Of a DNA stretch of 64,000 bases, positions 11,580 through 24,955 are shown piece after piece. Position numbers and translations under genes: made by a program. Below the pieces are notes generated by a model, which made no database searches, was not told the DNA's origin, and saw only the letters and a list, made by a program, of their open reading frames with translations. Origin of the DNA: Octopus vulgaris (taxonomy: Eukaryota); the NCBI GenBank assembly GCA_951406725.2, contig OX597840.1, forward strand, positions 23,312,001-23,376,000. Direction: 5' to 3'. Position 1 is the first letter of the stretch. Every line of letters begins with the position of its first letter.

Positions 11580-11665
11580 AAACATATCACTGTGACATCA
11601 GGGGTAAATCATTCTCTGTTAGTAGTTGCCTAACTAGACCCAAGCATACTCAGACACTGGAGGAA
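11580..11665 (+). pseudogene. Orphan single zinc-finger fragment upstream of gene 2
   Basis: CATATCACTGTGACATC..AAATCATTCTCTGTTAGTAGTTGCCTAACTAGAC matches finger 8 of gene 1 (3067-3155). Confidence 0.75.
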
Positions 11666-11929
11666 ACCCCCTTCAGATGAAAACATCCGATGTCTAGTGT
11701 CATTGACATATATATTGGTATGTGTGTATGTCTATGACAGAATTAATGTCCAGGAGATGTTATTATACTACATGTGTCTACACCCTGATACAAGCCTCTT
11801 GAAAATAGATGGGATAAATATAATAGTTCAGATAAATTTTTGAAAACAGAAATGTCGTAAATTTGAACTTTTGAATATCTGCCTTTTAAACATACTTGAT
11901 GTCTTGCATTATTTTTTCTATTCTTACAG

Positions 11930-12357
11930 AAAATCACCTGAAATTGGCTAAAAAGTATTCTTTACTTTTAAAGAATCATCAATATGTCTCATATTTGAAA
12001 GACTCTGCAAAGATATTCTACAAACGTATAATCTTGCTTCTATAAAACATTGCTGAGTTACAGTAAAATATTTCCTCTGAGAGAGAAAGCATTTCTTTAC
12101 TTCTGTGTCTGAAATGTGCAAGAGATAATTTTCTCTTATAAATATACTTTGATGGATTTACAAAAGTATTTGCAGCACTTCTAAATATTGGCAATGATCA
12201 CATTTAGAAGAAATATAAGAGAAGTGATATTTGTTTGGAATAAACTATAAAAGCAAAAAGAAGAAAAATATCCATATATTTTGGTGAGAGGAGAAATATT
12301 TTTGAAAAGTTGTTGATCTGTACAACTTGAAGGATTAATTTTATTTTTCTGGAAGAG
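11930..12357 (+). promoter_or_regulatory. Acceptor and conserved leader of gene 2
   Basis: TTCTATTCTTACAG|AAAATC; 428 nt to ATG. Confidence 0.7.
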
Positions 12358-13563
12358 ATGTCGGAAGAATTAAGAAAATCATCATATGACTGTGACATCT
12401 GCAAAGAGTCATTCTTAGAAGAAAGTAAATTCAATCAACACAAACAAATTCATACAGGGGAGAAACCATATCACTGTACTGTCTGTGGTAAATCATTGTC
12501 TGACAGGAGTAGCTTTGCTCGTCACAAACGTATTCATACGGGGGAGAAGCCATATCACTGTAGTATCTGTGGTAAATCATTCTCGAATGACGGTCACTTA
12601 GCTCAACACAAACGTACTCATACAGGAGAGAGACCTTATCCTTGTGATATCTGTGGTGAATCATTCTCTGCTGGCAGTAGCTTAACTCGTCATAAACGTA
12701 TTCATACAGGAGAGAAACCATTTCCTTGTGATGTATGTGGTAAATCTTTCCCTGAAAACTGTAGCTTAACTCAACACAAACGTATTCATACAGGGGAGAA
12801 GCCATATCACTGTAGTATCTGTGGTAAATCATTCACTAATGACAGTCACTTAATACGACACATACGTATCCATACAGGAGAGAAACCTTATCCCTGCGAT
12901 ATCTGTGGTGAATCGTTCTCTGTTGGCAGTAGCTTAACTCGTCATAAACGTATCCATACAGGAGAGAAACCATTTTCTTGTGATGTGTGTGGTAAATCTT
13001 TCACTGAAAAGAGTGGCTTAACTAAACACAAACGTATTCATACAGGGGAGAAACCATATCCCTGTGATATCTGTGGTGAATCATTCTCTCGTAGTTATAG
13101 CTTAGATATTCACAAACAAATCCATACAGGTGACAAAAAATACCACTGTGATACCTGTGGTAAATCATTTTCTGCTGGCAGTAGATTAACTACACACAAA
13201 CTAATTCATTTAGGGGAGAAGCCATATCACTGTGATATCTGTGGCAAATCATTCAGTCAGACAGGTAATTTAACTAGACACAAACGCATTCATACAGGTG
13301 AACAACCATATCGCTGTGATACCTGTGGTAAATCATTCAGTCAGACAGGTAACTTAGCTACACACAAACGTATTCATACAGGTGAGCAACCATATGATTG
13401 TGATGTCTGTGGCAAATCATTCTCTGAAAAGGGTCTTTTAATGACACACAAACTTATTCATACTGGTGTAAAGCCATATCATTGTGATATCTGCAGTAAA
13501 TCATTCTCACAAAAACATCAATTAATTAAACACAAGTGCATTCGTTATGCAAAAGATCCATAG
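12358..13563 (+). CDS. C2H2 zinc-finger protein (gene 2), 13 fingers plus a degenerate last finger
   Basis: 401-aa ORF; fingers 3-5 repeated as 6-8. Confidence 0.9.
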   Translation: MSEELRKSSYDCDICKESFLEESKFNQHKQIHTGEKPYHCTVCGKSLSDRSSFARHKRIHTGEKPYHCSICGKSFSNDGHLAQHKRTHTGERPYPCDICGESFSAGSSLTRHKRIHTGEKPFPCDVCGKSFPENCSLTQHKRIHTGEKPYHCSICGKSFTNDSHLIRHIRIHTGEKPYPCDICGESFSVGSSLTRHKRIHTGEKPFSCDVCGKSFTEKSGLTKHKRIHTGEKPYPCDICGESFSRSYSLDIHKQIHTGDKKYHCDTCGKSFSAGSRLTTHKLIHLGEKPYHCDICGKSFSQTGNLTRHKRIHTGEQPYRCDTCGKSFSQTGNLATHKRIHTGEQPYDCDVCGKSFSEKGLLMTHKLIHTGVKPYHCDICSKSFSQKHQLIKHKCIRYAKDP

Positions 13564-15364
13564 CACAGTGACATTTCTTGTATAACATTCGCCGAGGAAG
13601 ATCTCTACCCATGAAGGAAAGTATATTATGAATATGATATCTATGGTAAATCTTTCATCTCATCTCATTCATGAACTGATCAAAAGAGCATTGACTGATA
13701 TTAATGCTTAATCATTCTTTCAAAAGGGTGAATTGTTTGTACACAGTCCTATTAATATGAAAGATATATCCATACCTCAAGATATTTGTGCTAAATCAAT
13801 CGATGAAAATGATCAATTATTGAAATGTAAATGCATTCATACAGAAGACGAACTATGATGATGATGATGATCCTCATCATTTAAAATTCACTTTTCCATG
13901 CTTCAATGGATCAGATGGAATTCATTGATGGAGATTTTCTTCGGCTGGATGCCTTTCCTTTCACCAATCCTCACCTGTTCTAGGCAAGGACATATTTTCC
14001 ATGCTGAGATATATTTGACTCAGAAGACTGGAAATGGACTGTATCTGTATGACACTCATTATGACCATTTACAAGCATCACGTGCTATCTGGACAAGGGT
14101 ACATACACACACATATGTATGTTCAAAGATTTTTTTATAGGAAATCTTTTACATTTTTAATCTACTTCTAAATGTTTGTAATTCCTATTAGGAAATGAAA
14201 CATATGTAATGCTGAATAAATAATATCAAACTTTTCTCCAGTCTCATCATGTGATATGTAATTACATTGCAAAAAATATTATTCAAACCTCCCACAAAAA
14301 TAATACACACAGACAGATGTGGTGGTGAGTGCATAGTGAAAACGGTTTTGTCTTTTCATTGAAATAAATTTTTGTATCACCTACAAATTGAAATTTGTAT
14401 TGGCTCTGACCCATCACCTTGGCTTATAAGTTACCAATGATGTGGTTTTCAGTGTATACCATGTTACGTTAAATTTTTACTCATAAGAAATTGTGACTCC
14501 TATATTTTAGTATAGAATTTTTGTTTTCTGGAAGAAAAATTTGAACATTTCAATTTCAAAATGTAATTTTATCTGTTTATAGTCAAAATAGAAAAATAAG
14601 AGTGAATATTTATTTTATGAGTGCTGTGTATTAAGTCTATAAAATTGTGCATAAAATATATAAGCTATATGAAGTGCATTGAGTCATTATTATATTCCAA
14701 TTTCCTTCACTTTTCAATGAATAATAGATGGGTGACTATCTTTTGATACAGACACAACACAGGCTACACTTTCGAGGTTTTAGATAAAGTTTTCAGAAAT
14801 AACCGAATAGGTTTGCTATTAATTTCATGAAATATTCACGGGTCCCACTAGTTAACATTAAGAGAATCATGTGGTGAACTGAAGGTAGATGTGAAGAATG
14901 AGAGACAAAGTGGGAGGGAAAAGTGTTAACGATATGTGGTGTGGTGAGGAAGGAATACTTATTACTTGGTTAACAGGTTAGCTGAAGGGAAAAATGAGGA
15001 GAAAGAGATATGTTTAGGATACATTATTTGTGAGAGAGTGAGGTTTAAGAGAAGGATATAGAAAGAAATGGACGGTGGAGGCAGATAGGGTTTGTATTGT
15101 TAAAAGTTGATATAATCAAAAGACCTGAAATGAAACAAGTTTTGTTCCTGAAACTTATAGTGATGATGATGATAGTGGTGGGTTGATTGCGAAAAGGAAT
15201 TTCTTCTTTTTATAGAGACCGTCACTCAACACTTGCACTTTGGTGCAATTATTACGGATGCCAAGTATATTTAACAAAGCTAAAGGTATGATTGCTATAA
15301 GAATGCAAATGAACCCCTGTTTCTTAAATAGGTCCTCTTAATTTTTTTAATTAATAATAAACTA

Positions 15365-15580
15365 AGGTGGCAAACTGGCAGGATCGTTAGCACATCGGGC
15401 AAAATGCTTAGCTAGATTCTTCTGACATCGTTTATGCATTTAAATTCTTCCACAGTGGACTTTGTCTTTCATCCAGAGATGGGTTTGATGAAAATAAGCC
15501 CCTTTTGAGCATTGAAATTGACATAGTCAATTCAACACTTCCTGTGGAATTGCTGGCCTTGTGCCAATACTTAGAAACTA
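15365..15580 (+). mobile_element. Degenerate SINE family A
   Basis: GGTGGCAAACTGGCAGGATCGTTAGCAC..GACTTTGTCTTTCATCC. Confidence 0.7.
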
Positions 15581-15824
15581 TTCCAATGTCTTCGCTCTCA
15601 ACTGAGGAAATGCCACGACCATGTTGGCATGTTCCTTGAGGTCCCATGGAACGTTGTACTGTGCAACCAATTGTGGCACTTGTTGAATGGGTGTTTGTTT
15701 TAATGTTATGTTTTTCTTTTCTATTTTTTTTTTCGTTGTTCCTGTTTTACCATTTTCAATTTTGGATACTGGCTAAACAGCTGAAAGATTATATAAATAT
15801 GTATTTATAGAATTAGTAAAGACA

Positions 15825-16131
15825 TACAGCACAGCTCCCATGACTTTCGGAAACATTTTTTCACGTTAAGAGTTGCTGAAGCATGGAACAAACTGCCGGC
15901 ATCAGTTGTTAGTTGTCGGAGCACAGCATCCTTCAAAACTTCCATGCTTCCTGAGATTCGCCAACACTACACCTGTTTATCTCCCCTCCATACTCACGCA
16001 AGCATGTATCTGACTCTTACACTGTTCACTTTCCAAACATTTGTACATTACTGCATATACTTTATATGCACTTTCTGACAAGTTGTGGTGCACCTGAGCA
16101 CTGTATACAATAATTTCATTATTGTTATTAT
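15825..16131 (+). mobile_element. 3' end of CR1-group LINE
   Basis: Translates DFRKHFFTLRVAEAWNKLPASVV..SFK, then a 3' UTR ending in (ATT)n. Confidence 0.75.
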
Positions 16132-16324
16132 AATCGATAAACTGATTCCTTATGGTATTTCCCATTCAATTTGCCTGCGATCCTACTTTCAGCCAAACTT
16201 TTGCCAATTTCAGCAGATTTCACTCAAATGTGATGTCATTGTCACTTATTTCGGTTTGAAGTAAATCGCTTCATCACTTAATGATCCGAATTTAATACCG
16301 AGCAACGCCGGGTTATACCGCTAC
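16132..16324 (+). mobile_element. Helitron 3' end, duplicate of 7730-7924
   Basis: Near-identical to 7730-7924 including CCGAGCAACGCCGGG. Confidence 0.75.
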
Positions 16325-16364
16325 TCAAATATATATCAGTACAGCCGTTAATATTTAAAGACAA

Positions 16365-16780
16365 GAGTCAGTTCCCCTTGTTAAATCTTCCTAATTTCAT
16401 TTCTTCCTCCTGTTTCTCGCGCACCTTGATTGTTTGATCACTTTCACTTTCAAACTGATATTTAAGAGAAAACCCAATCAAAAATATACAAATGATTGGT
16501 AATTGAATGTCTAAAGAAACAGTTTCAGCATTTTTATTACATTGACCTGCAAAATATGAAGTAACGTTCGTTGTAAAGAGTAAGTATCATTGTGTTATCC
16601 CTTCTCTTTTAAATATTTCATCGCATTTGTGTCTACGCCTTCCGGATCGCCGTTATTTCCTATATTTCTTAATGTCAGATTAATACCTCGTTTAGATAAA
16701 ATTCCTCTTTCTTTTTGACTTGTAGATTGGACAATTTAGTTAAATGCAGGTAAATTACGATGTAATTTGTAAGAAAAGAT
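16365..16780 (+). promoter_or_regulatory. Conserved upstream block of ZNF genes (putative promoter/first exon)
   Basis: GAGTCAGTTCCCCTTG..CCCAATC..GATTGG; homologues at 7965-8090/10554-11040, 22955-23690, 29150-30050, 41200-41870(-), 41930-42620 and 60826. Function is inferred from position. Confidence 0.5.
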
Positions 16781-17135
16781 AGTGCTTCTTGCACTTCTGG
16801 ACGTGCAAGGCTGAACTTTAACGCTTGTAAGATTTTACAAGTTCAGCAGCAAACAGAACTGGTCAAATATGGCGTCCAGAGAGCGGAGAAAATACACGTC
16901 TGCAACAATTTGTGGTGGTAGGCGTTCTGCTTACTGCTACGTGTGTCTGGACGCTTTTGGTTAAGGTTTTACGCTCCCTCGCCTATCAGCTAAATGCCAC
17001 ATCATCATTCTCTTCTTCCGGTCTTCGCGCATGCGCGAGAGGGCACTTCCCTTCTGCCTCTCCAGAAGGCTCCAAACCCCGCACACGCGAACTGAAGTGG
17101 CGTTGCATGCGCACTGTTGGATAGCGTCACTACAA

Positions 17136-17255
17136 ACTCTTTCCTCCTGCATCTTGCAACTTACCTGCGACGGACTATCGTCCCATCCAGGTGGAGAACC
17201 TACACGCCAAGGAAACCGGCACTTATGAGCCTGGCATGGCTCGAGAAGGAACAAC
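17136..17255 (+). mobile_element. 3' half of SINE family C
   Basis: CCTGCGACGGACTATCGTCCCATCCAGG (V-domain-like); matches 39920-40040. Confidence 0.75.
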
Positions 17256-17434
17256 AGTGTGGTCTACTCCCTGATATAAACCTCTTGAAAACAGAGAGAT
17301 GGGATAAGTTTAATAGTTCAGATAAAGGATTGCTTCTACAATTTATGAAATCAGAAATGTCGTAAATTTGCACTTTTGAATATCTGCCTTTTAAACATAC
17401 CTGATGTCTTATATTATTTTTTCTATTCTTTCAG

Positions 17435-18313
<879 letters not shown>

Positions 18314-20109
18314 TAACATTTCCTCAGAAGGACAAAGGATGTATCTCATAAAGACATGCACAGAATATAGAAACTATATGAATGTGACATCTATAGTAAA
18401 TCTTTGACATGAAATCATCCATTATTGAATCAAAAGAGCATTGACAGAGGAAGGAAAACATATCACTGTGATGTTAAACCTGAATCATTCTTTCAAAATG
18501 GTGAATTGTTTGTACACAGTCCTATTAATATGAAAGATATAACTGTAATCTAAGCTATTTGTGCTAAATCAATCTATGAAAATGGATCAATTATTGAAAT
18601 GTAAATGCATTCATACAGAAGAGGAACCACAATGATGATGATCCTCATCATTTAACATTCTCCTATTCATGCCTCCGTGGATCAGATGGAATTCATTGAT
18701 GGCGATTTTCTACATCTGGGTACCTTTCTTGTGACCAATCCTCACCTGTTTCCAAGCAAGGAAATATTTCCCCTGGTGAGACATATTTGACACAGAGGAC
18801 TGGAAGTGAACAACTGCACAAGTATGACGGTCATGATGGCCTTTTACGAACATCACATAATATCTGGACAAGGGTACATACACACTACACTCACATAAAC
18901 TATTGTATGTCTGAAGAATTTCTCATGGGAAATATATGTTACATGTTTTCTACACATCAAAAAGTTTGTGATTCCTATTAGGAAATGAAACACATGTAAT
19001 GCTGAATAAATAATATCAAACTTTTCTCCAGTCTCCTTATGTGATTTTCTAATTACCTTGCAAAAAATATTAATGTTAGTTAGAGTAGTGGGGTGAGAGA
19101 GAGGGAAAAGTAAAGGAAGGTGGTCTTATAATAATTCTGCTTCTCATTACGTTACTTAGGTCGTCAGTAACACTTTCATGTGATTGGAGAGAGAAAGGAT
19201 AAGGCCATGAGTGGGACGGGAAGAGAGAGAAGCGTGCATGATGTGATAGGGGGACATATTTAGTGGAAGGTTGAGATATAGAGGAGAGTTAGGAATATAA
19301 TTTTAGATGGTGGGTGATGTTCTGATGGAGAGATTAAAGATAGGTAGAGAGAGACAAATGATGGTGGTGGTTGTGATGGTGAATACAGAGTGAAAAGTAA
19401 TGTTTTTTTTTTACTTGAACTAAGTTTTTTTATAACACCTACAAATTGAAATGTGTATTGGCTCTCTGACCCATCACCTTGGCTTACAAGTTACCACTGA
19501 TGTGGTTTTCAGAGTAAGCCATGTTACATTAAATTGTGACCCCTATATTTTACATATAAGGTAATTTTTTTAGTATACACTTCTTGTGTTTTAGGTAAGA
19601 AATTGTGCCCATGTAAATTTTAAAATGTAATTTTTTTCTGTTTATGAGAAAACTGGAAAAATATGAGCGAATATTTATTTTATGAGTGCTGTGTCTATAA
19701 AATTGTGCCTAAAGTGTATTAAGTAATTACCGTATTCCAATTTCCTTCAGTTTTCAGTGAATAGCAGATGAGCGACTATCTTTTGAGGCAGACACAATTC
19801 AGGCTCCACTTTAGAGTGTTTTGGTATCAGGAATAACCCAGTCCATTGCCTCACTAGACACCGAGGCCATGACTGGTGACTGGGACCTTTTGTTTTTGGA
19901 TAATGGATAAACAGCTAAAAGATTATATAAATATATATTTATAAAATTAAAGACTTAAATCTGTACAAGATGCAAAGCAAAAAGAAAAGAATTCAATTAA
20001 GAATGCATCTGATGAAAGAATATTGGTTTAAAAAACATACGACATAAAAATGATAACAATGAAGACTATAAGAAATATGAGGGAGATAGGGTGAATCCTT
20101 TCTTTTTTA

Positions 20110-20512
20110 CAATGGTCGGGCATTGTCTTGTTGGAAGACTAATGCTTTTCTGTTGGTAATCTCCAGCCGCAGTTCTTTGATTTTTTTTGTTTCAAATTAG
20201 CCAGTTAATGACAGAACACATCAGAATTAATGGTCTGGTTTTATGGGAGAAGGTCATAATAAACAATGCCTTTATGATCCCACCAAACACAAAGCACAGG
20301 TGTGTTGCCATGGATATTCATCTTTGGTTGCTTGGGGGATATTTCTGCAAACTCTAGAATCAGTTTTGCACAACATTAAGCATGCAATCCATTTTTCATC
20401 TCCAGTCACAAGTCGTTTCCAAAAAAGGGCATGCTTTCTTTCCATTTCAAAAGCATGTCCCAAACGGTATACTGGTCCCAGCAATTCTTATCTGAGAGTT
20501 TCAAGCACCCAT
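20110..20512 (-). mobile_element. mariner transposase relic
   Basis: RLVTGDEKWI, WWDHKGIVYYDLLP and QQDNARP across frameshifts. Confidence 0.8.
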
Positions 20513-20938
20513 ATATTAAAGCAAAGAGTAAGATAGAAAGAGGGACAGAGAGAAGCGTACATGATATGTGATGGGGGAACATAATATTTATTACATGGTT
20601 AAAAAAGTTAGTTGAAGTTGATGATATAGAGAAGTTAGCAATATAATTTTAGCAGAGTGGTGATGTTCTGATGGTGAGATTTGAGGCACAAAGAGAGAGA
20701 GAGATGATGGTTGTGGTGGAGGAAATGTTGATGGACAGTGCATAGTTAAAAGTAATTTGTTTTTAATTGAAAAAAAATTTTTTTATATCACGTATTTGCA
20801 GAATCGTATGAATTTCCGTGTAAAAAGTACAAAATCACAATAATTTGATATTTCACACCCCTCTTTTACATGAACAAAATGACAGCTTCCAAATATTGTT
20901 TTCTAAATGGGTAAGAAAGATCAAACTTTAAACCACAG

Positions 20939-22872
20939 TGTTACACATTCATATCTATGTGTATACGCAGGTATACGTATGTAGAATACATCCCCACTTT
21001 TGGCACTATTTTGTAAGTAACAGTACGAACTATGTCTAAAGTATATATGTATCACTACGCTGAATGTAGTCCAGTTCGTGTAACATGAAAAGTAAATAAA
21101 CACGTAAAATAATAACAATGGCTTCGTATTGAGTTGTCTTTCCCATTAGAACCCAAAACTACACATAACATGGTGGCAGCGGTAAATAATTAATCGCAAA
21201 ATTTTTTTGGGCAAGTGTGCGATAAAAACAAAGGAGTGCAAATTCTTTGGAATTATATACTCTGCAGAGGGAGTTAAACCAGACTCCGCTAAAGTGGAAG
21301 CCATCAGAGACATTAAAGAACCTAAAGACAAGAAGGAACTCAGGAGCTTCCTGGGACTCATTCACTACATGGGAGCCTTCATACCCTAGCTGGCCGATCA
21401 CACTGCAAATCTCCGAGAACTAAACAAAGATGACGTAGAGTTTGATTGGTGTGCTTCACACACACAGGATTTGAAAGCAATCAAAAAGCTCATCAGTAAG
21501 GAGACAACTTTGCAATACTATGACAGACGCAAACCAGTAACACTCCAAGTCGATGCTTCTATGAGAGGAGTTGGTGCAGCACTGATACAGGAAGGTAAAC
21601 CCATTGCATATGCCTCGAAAGCTCTCTCACCCACAGAGACAAGGTACTCAAATATTGAAAGGGAACTCCTGGCAGTAGTATATGGATGTGAAAAGTTCTA
21701 TACATACCTGTATGGCAGACATTTCAATAGTGAAAAAGACCATCGCCTGCTAGAACAAATACATAGAAAAAACCTGACAAAAGCACCAGCCAGACTGCAA
21801 AGATTACTGTTAAGGCTTCAAACATACGACTATGATATCAGGTACAAGCCAGGAAAAGACCTGATATTGGCGGATGCTCTTTCCAGACTATCCTCACATG
21901 ATAAACAGGAGATGGAAGGACAAAGCATAAAGGTCCACCACATTATAAATGTAACAATCACCCATCAGCAGACAACGTGTACAACACCTACTGCATCAGT
22001 GACAACACCCACAGAATCATCATCCCATTGGGCGCCAACCACCCACCAGCAGCCCAACAACACACCTCAGACACCGGTGCGAAGCACAAAATTCACCAGA
22101 TGTAGAAAGAACATCCTGCCACCGGTTCGATACCGTTAAAGAAAAAATATTTTCTCTTTTTATTCATGATAAAGTTTTTTCAAAAAAAACTTTATCATGA
22201 ATAAAAAGAGAAAATATTTACATTTTTTTTTATCAAAATATACCATTAGTTTCAATTGCCTAAAAAAATTTAATAAGAAAATGAAAACCAAAAAAAAAAA
22301 ATATATATATATATAAAAACTGCTATGATTAATTTAATTCGACTCAATTTGGTTTTCATTTTCTTATTAAATTTCTTTAAGGCAATTGAAACTCATGGTA
22401 TATTTTGATTTAAAAAAATGTAAATATTTTCTCTTTTTGTTCATGATAAAGTTTTTTCAAAAGAAAAGGAGAAAAAAAACGAAAAGATAAGTAACTAATT
22501 CTGCTCGATTACAAAGCAGAGGCAGAATAATCTCACGGTTTCTGCTGCAGGATGGCCACCTCGCGCTGACAATCCATTAGAGAAAGGGAGACTACTATAT
22601 ATGTCTTCACTGCCAAAAGACCCCTTTTTTTTTTTTCAAGAAGAAAAGATGTTACACGTTCATATTTATGCGTGGGCGTGCGTGTGTGGGATGCGTCCCC
22701 GCTTTTGGCACTATTTTATAAGTATTACTACGCTGTGTCTAAAGTTAAAGAGGTGTCGCTGCGCTGAATGTAGTCCAGTTCTTGTAACATGAAAAAGTAA
22801 ATAAACACGTAAAAGAATAACTATGCTTCGTATTGAGTTGTCTATCCCGTTAGAACGAAACTACACATAACA
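20939..22872 (+). mobile_element. Internally deleted Ty3/Gypsy LTR retrotransposon
   Basis: Diverged LTRs 20939-21170 and 22650-22872 (TG..CA); PBS TGGTGGCAGCGG at 21171; PPT AAGAAGAAAAGA at 22638; RT C-terminus/RNase H (VDAS, YSNIERELLAVVYG, DH, ADALSR) at 21207-21960. Confidence 0.9.
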
Positions 22873-23949
22873 GTGATGAAGCCGAGTATTGAAGAAATCT
22901 CATTCACAAAATACCAAATCTATTAAAGTAAAGCCGCAATTCTTTAAAGACTGGAGTTAGTTCCCTTTGTTCATCGTAAAAACTCTTCCTCATTAAGTGT
23001 ATTTCTTGTTCTTGTTTCTCACGCACCTTCATTGTTTGATCAGTTCCACTTGACAACTTATATTTAAGAGGAAAACCCAATCAAATATATACAAATGATT
23101 GGTAATTAACTGTCTAAACAAACAGATACAGCATTTACGATTATGTGGACCTGAAAAATATTAATTAACGTTTGTTGTAGAAACCTAGAAATTCTCTTGA
23201 AGCTGTCGTTGTCCACTCTGACTCCAGTTCTCACATCTTCCTCCTTCACTCTTTCTCTCCATATCTATTACTATGTAAGTATTTATTTAAACATTTCTAT
23301 TATATATGTGTCGTATTATGTACATTTATTTGTTTCGATGTGTTGAGAAAGTTAAAAGGAAAAAAAATCTCACTAAGACGAAATTATACGAAAGGCTGTC
23401 ATTTTAATACTTTCATTGTGTTGTCGTTTTCTTTTAGACATTTCATTGCACTTTTGGCTATTTTCTAAATTATTTGTAAAAACGTCGGATCAATCCCTTG
23501 TTTAGATAACATTTATCTTTCTTTCTAACGTGTAAATTCGACGATTTCGTTAAATGCGGGAAAATTACGATGCAATTAGTAAGAAATGGGGAATGTATAA
23601 AAATACGAGTGTGCACTTGAAATACTGAAACGAAAAGCAAATATCGTATCGAGAGGAAATGGATCGGCTTTTATTTGAGACGTAGGAAGTCTTTATTTCC
23701 GGTGGTTCTTCTACATCATTAAAAGTTAGAATTAATATGTTTTTCTAATTTATTTAATTTTGTGTGTGTGTGTGGAGTGCTGCTTTAAGCACCTAATATA
23801 ATCCCTCGTCACATATTTTTATTTGGGGGAATTTTCAGAAATTTTTGCGTACGAGAATTCGTTCGGTCATGCAACCAAAAAAAGAAAAGAATCAACTGCG
23901 ATTTATGAGCTATTTAGCTGTTATTTTTCGCACATCTCACGACCAGTAT

Positions 23950-24110
23950 GGTAATAATTCTCTGCTTAAGTTCCTCTGGGCTTGCAGGAAGAGGGGAGAC
24001 ATAGACTAGGACCTCCCTGAGAAAGAAATGGCAAGGTGCCAGCTCAGGTGAACGTGGCGGCCATTTCAACAGCACATTGCCTTCTTCAGGACGCGCCAAA
24101 CTCTTTGGAG
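23950..24110 (-). mobile_element. Tc1/mariner-superfamily transposase C-terminal relic
   Basis: KWPPRSPELAPCHFFL..EELKQRI resembles WPPRSPDLTPCDFFLWG. Confidence 0.7.
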
Positions 24111-24261
24111 GAATCTGGCTTTCATTCTCCACATCAACCAATAATTTTTCCTACGTTAAAATTTCCCCACTAAGGATTTTGATGCTGTTAGTGAGACATC
24201 AATATTATTTACTGACATTTATTCATCTTTTATGCTCAACAAAATGTTAACGTTGAGCTTA

Positions 24262-24320
<59 letters not shown>

Positions 24321-24322
24321 TA

Positions 24323-24595
24323 TATTAAATTAGAGATAAAACCACTGTTAGGCAAATCAAATATTAGCCAATACATAAAATTAATTTAAATATATATATA
24401 AATATATATATATATGTGTGTGTATGATGTATATTTTTAAATTAATTTTATGTATTGGCTTATGTTTTTCACTGTTTGATTTGGCTAATAGTGGTTTTAT
24501 CTCTAATTTAATAAAATATAATATATTTATACTATAAAATTGGATTTAATCCTAAATCTAATTTTTTCTTGTATGTTTGGATTTATTCCCTAATA
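24323..24595. repeat. Inverted pair of a short repeat within (TA)n
   Basis: TATTAAATTAGAGATAAAACCACT..CAAATCAAA (24323-24360) is inverted at ~24475-24512. Confidence 0.65.
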
Positions 24596-24599
24596 TTAT

Positions 24600-24643
<44 letters not shown>

Positions 24644-24654
24644 TTGTATATATG

Positions 24655-24955
24655 GCTCCCATGCAGGTAGCATGTAAAAAGTACCATTCGAGCATGATTG
24701 ATGCTAGTGCTGCCTGACTTGCACCCATGCCGGTGGCACAAACAAAGCACCATTCATGCATTGTCGATACCAATGCTACCTGACTGACTCCGTGGCACAT
24801 AAAAGGCAACCGCGACACGCTCAAACAGCATCCAGCTGTAGAAATCTTGCCTGATAAGATTGAAACGTTGTTCAGCCTCATGGCTTGCCAGTCCTCAGTC
24901 AAACCTCACAAACCCATGCCAGCGTGGAAGGCAGATGTTAAACGATGATGATGAA
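24655..24955 (+). mobile_element. Short retroposon ending in (GAT)n (family D)
   Basis: AACCCATGCCAGCGTGGAAGGCAGATGTTAAACGATGATGATG tail; reverse copies at 58112-58480, 37770-37915 and 454-504. Confidence 0.7.

Noticed and set aside
12431-12832. Antisense ORFs of type MIYHRYH.. (also 2763, 38448, 44238, 58758, 59094)
   Set aside because: Shadow frames of the finger repeat.
12358-13563. 84-bp periodic constant/variable pattern resembling a CRISPR array
   Set aside because: It is the coding periodicity of C2H2 fingers in one open frame; there are no cas genes and the context is eukaryotic.
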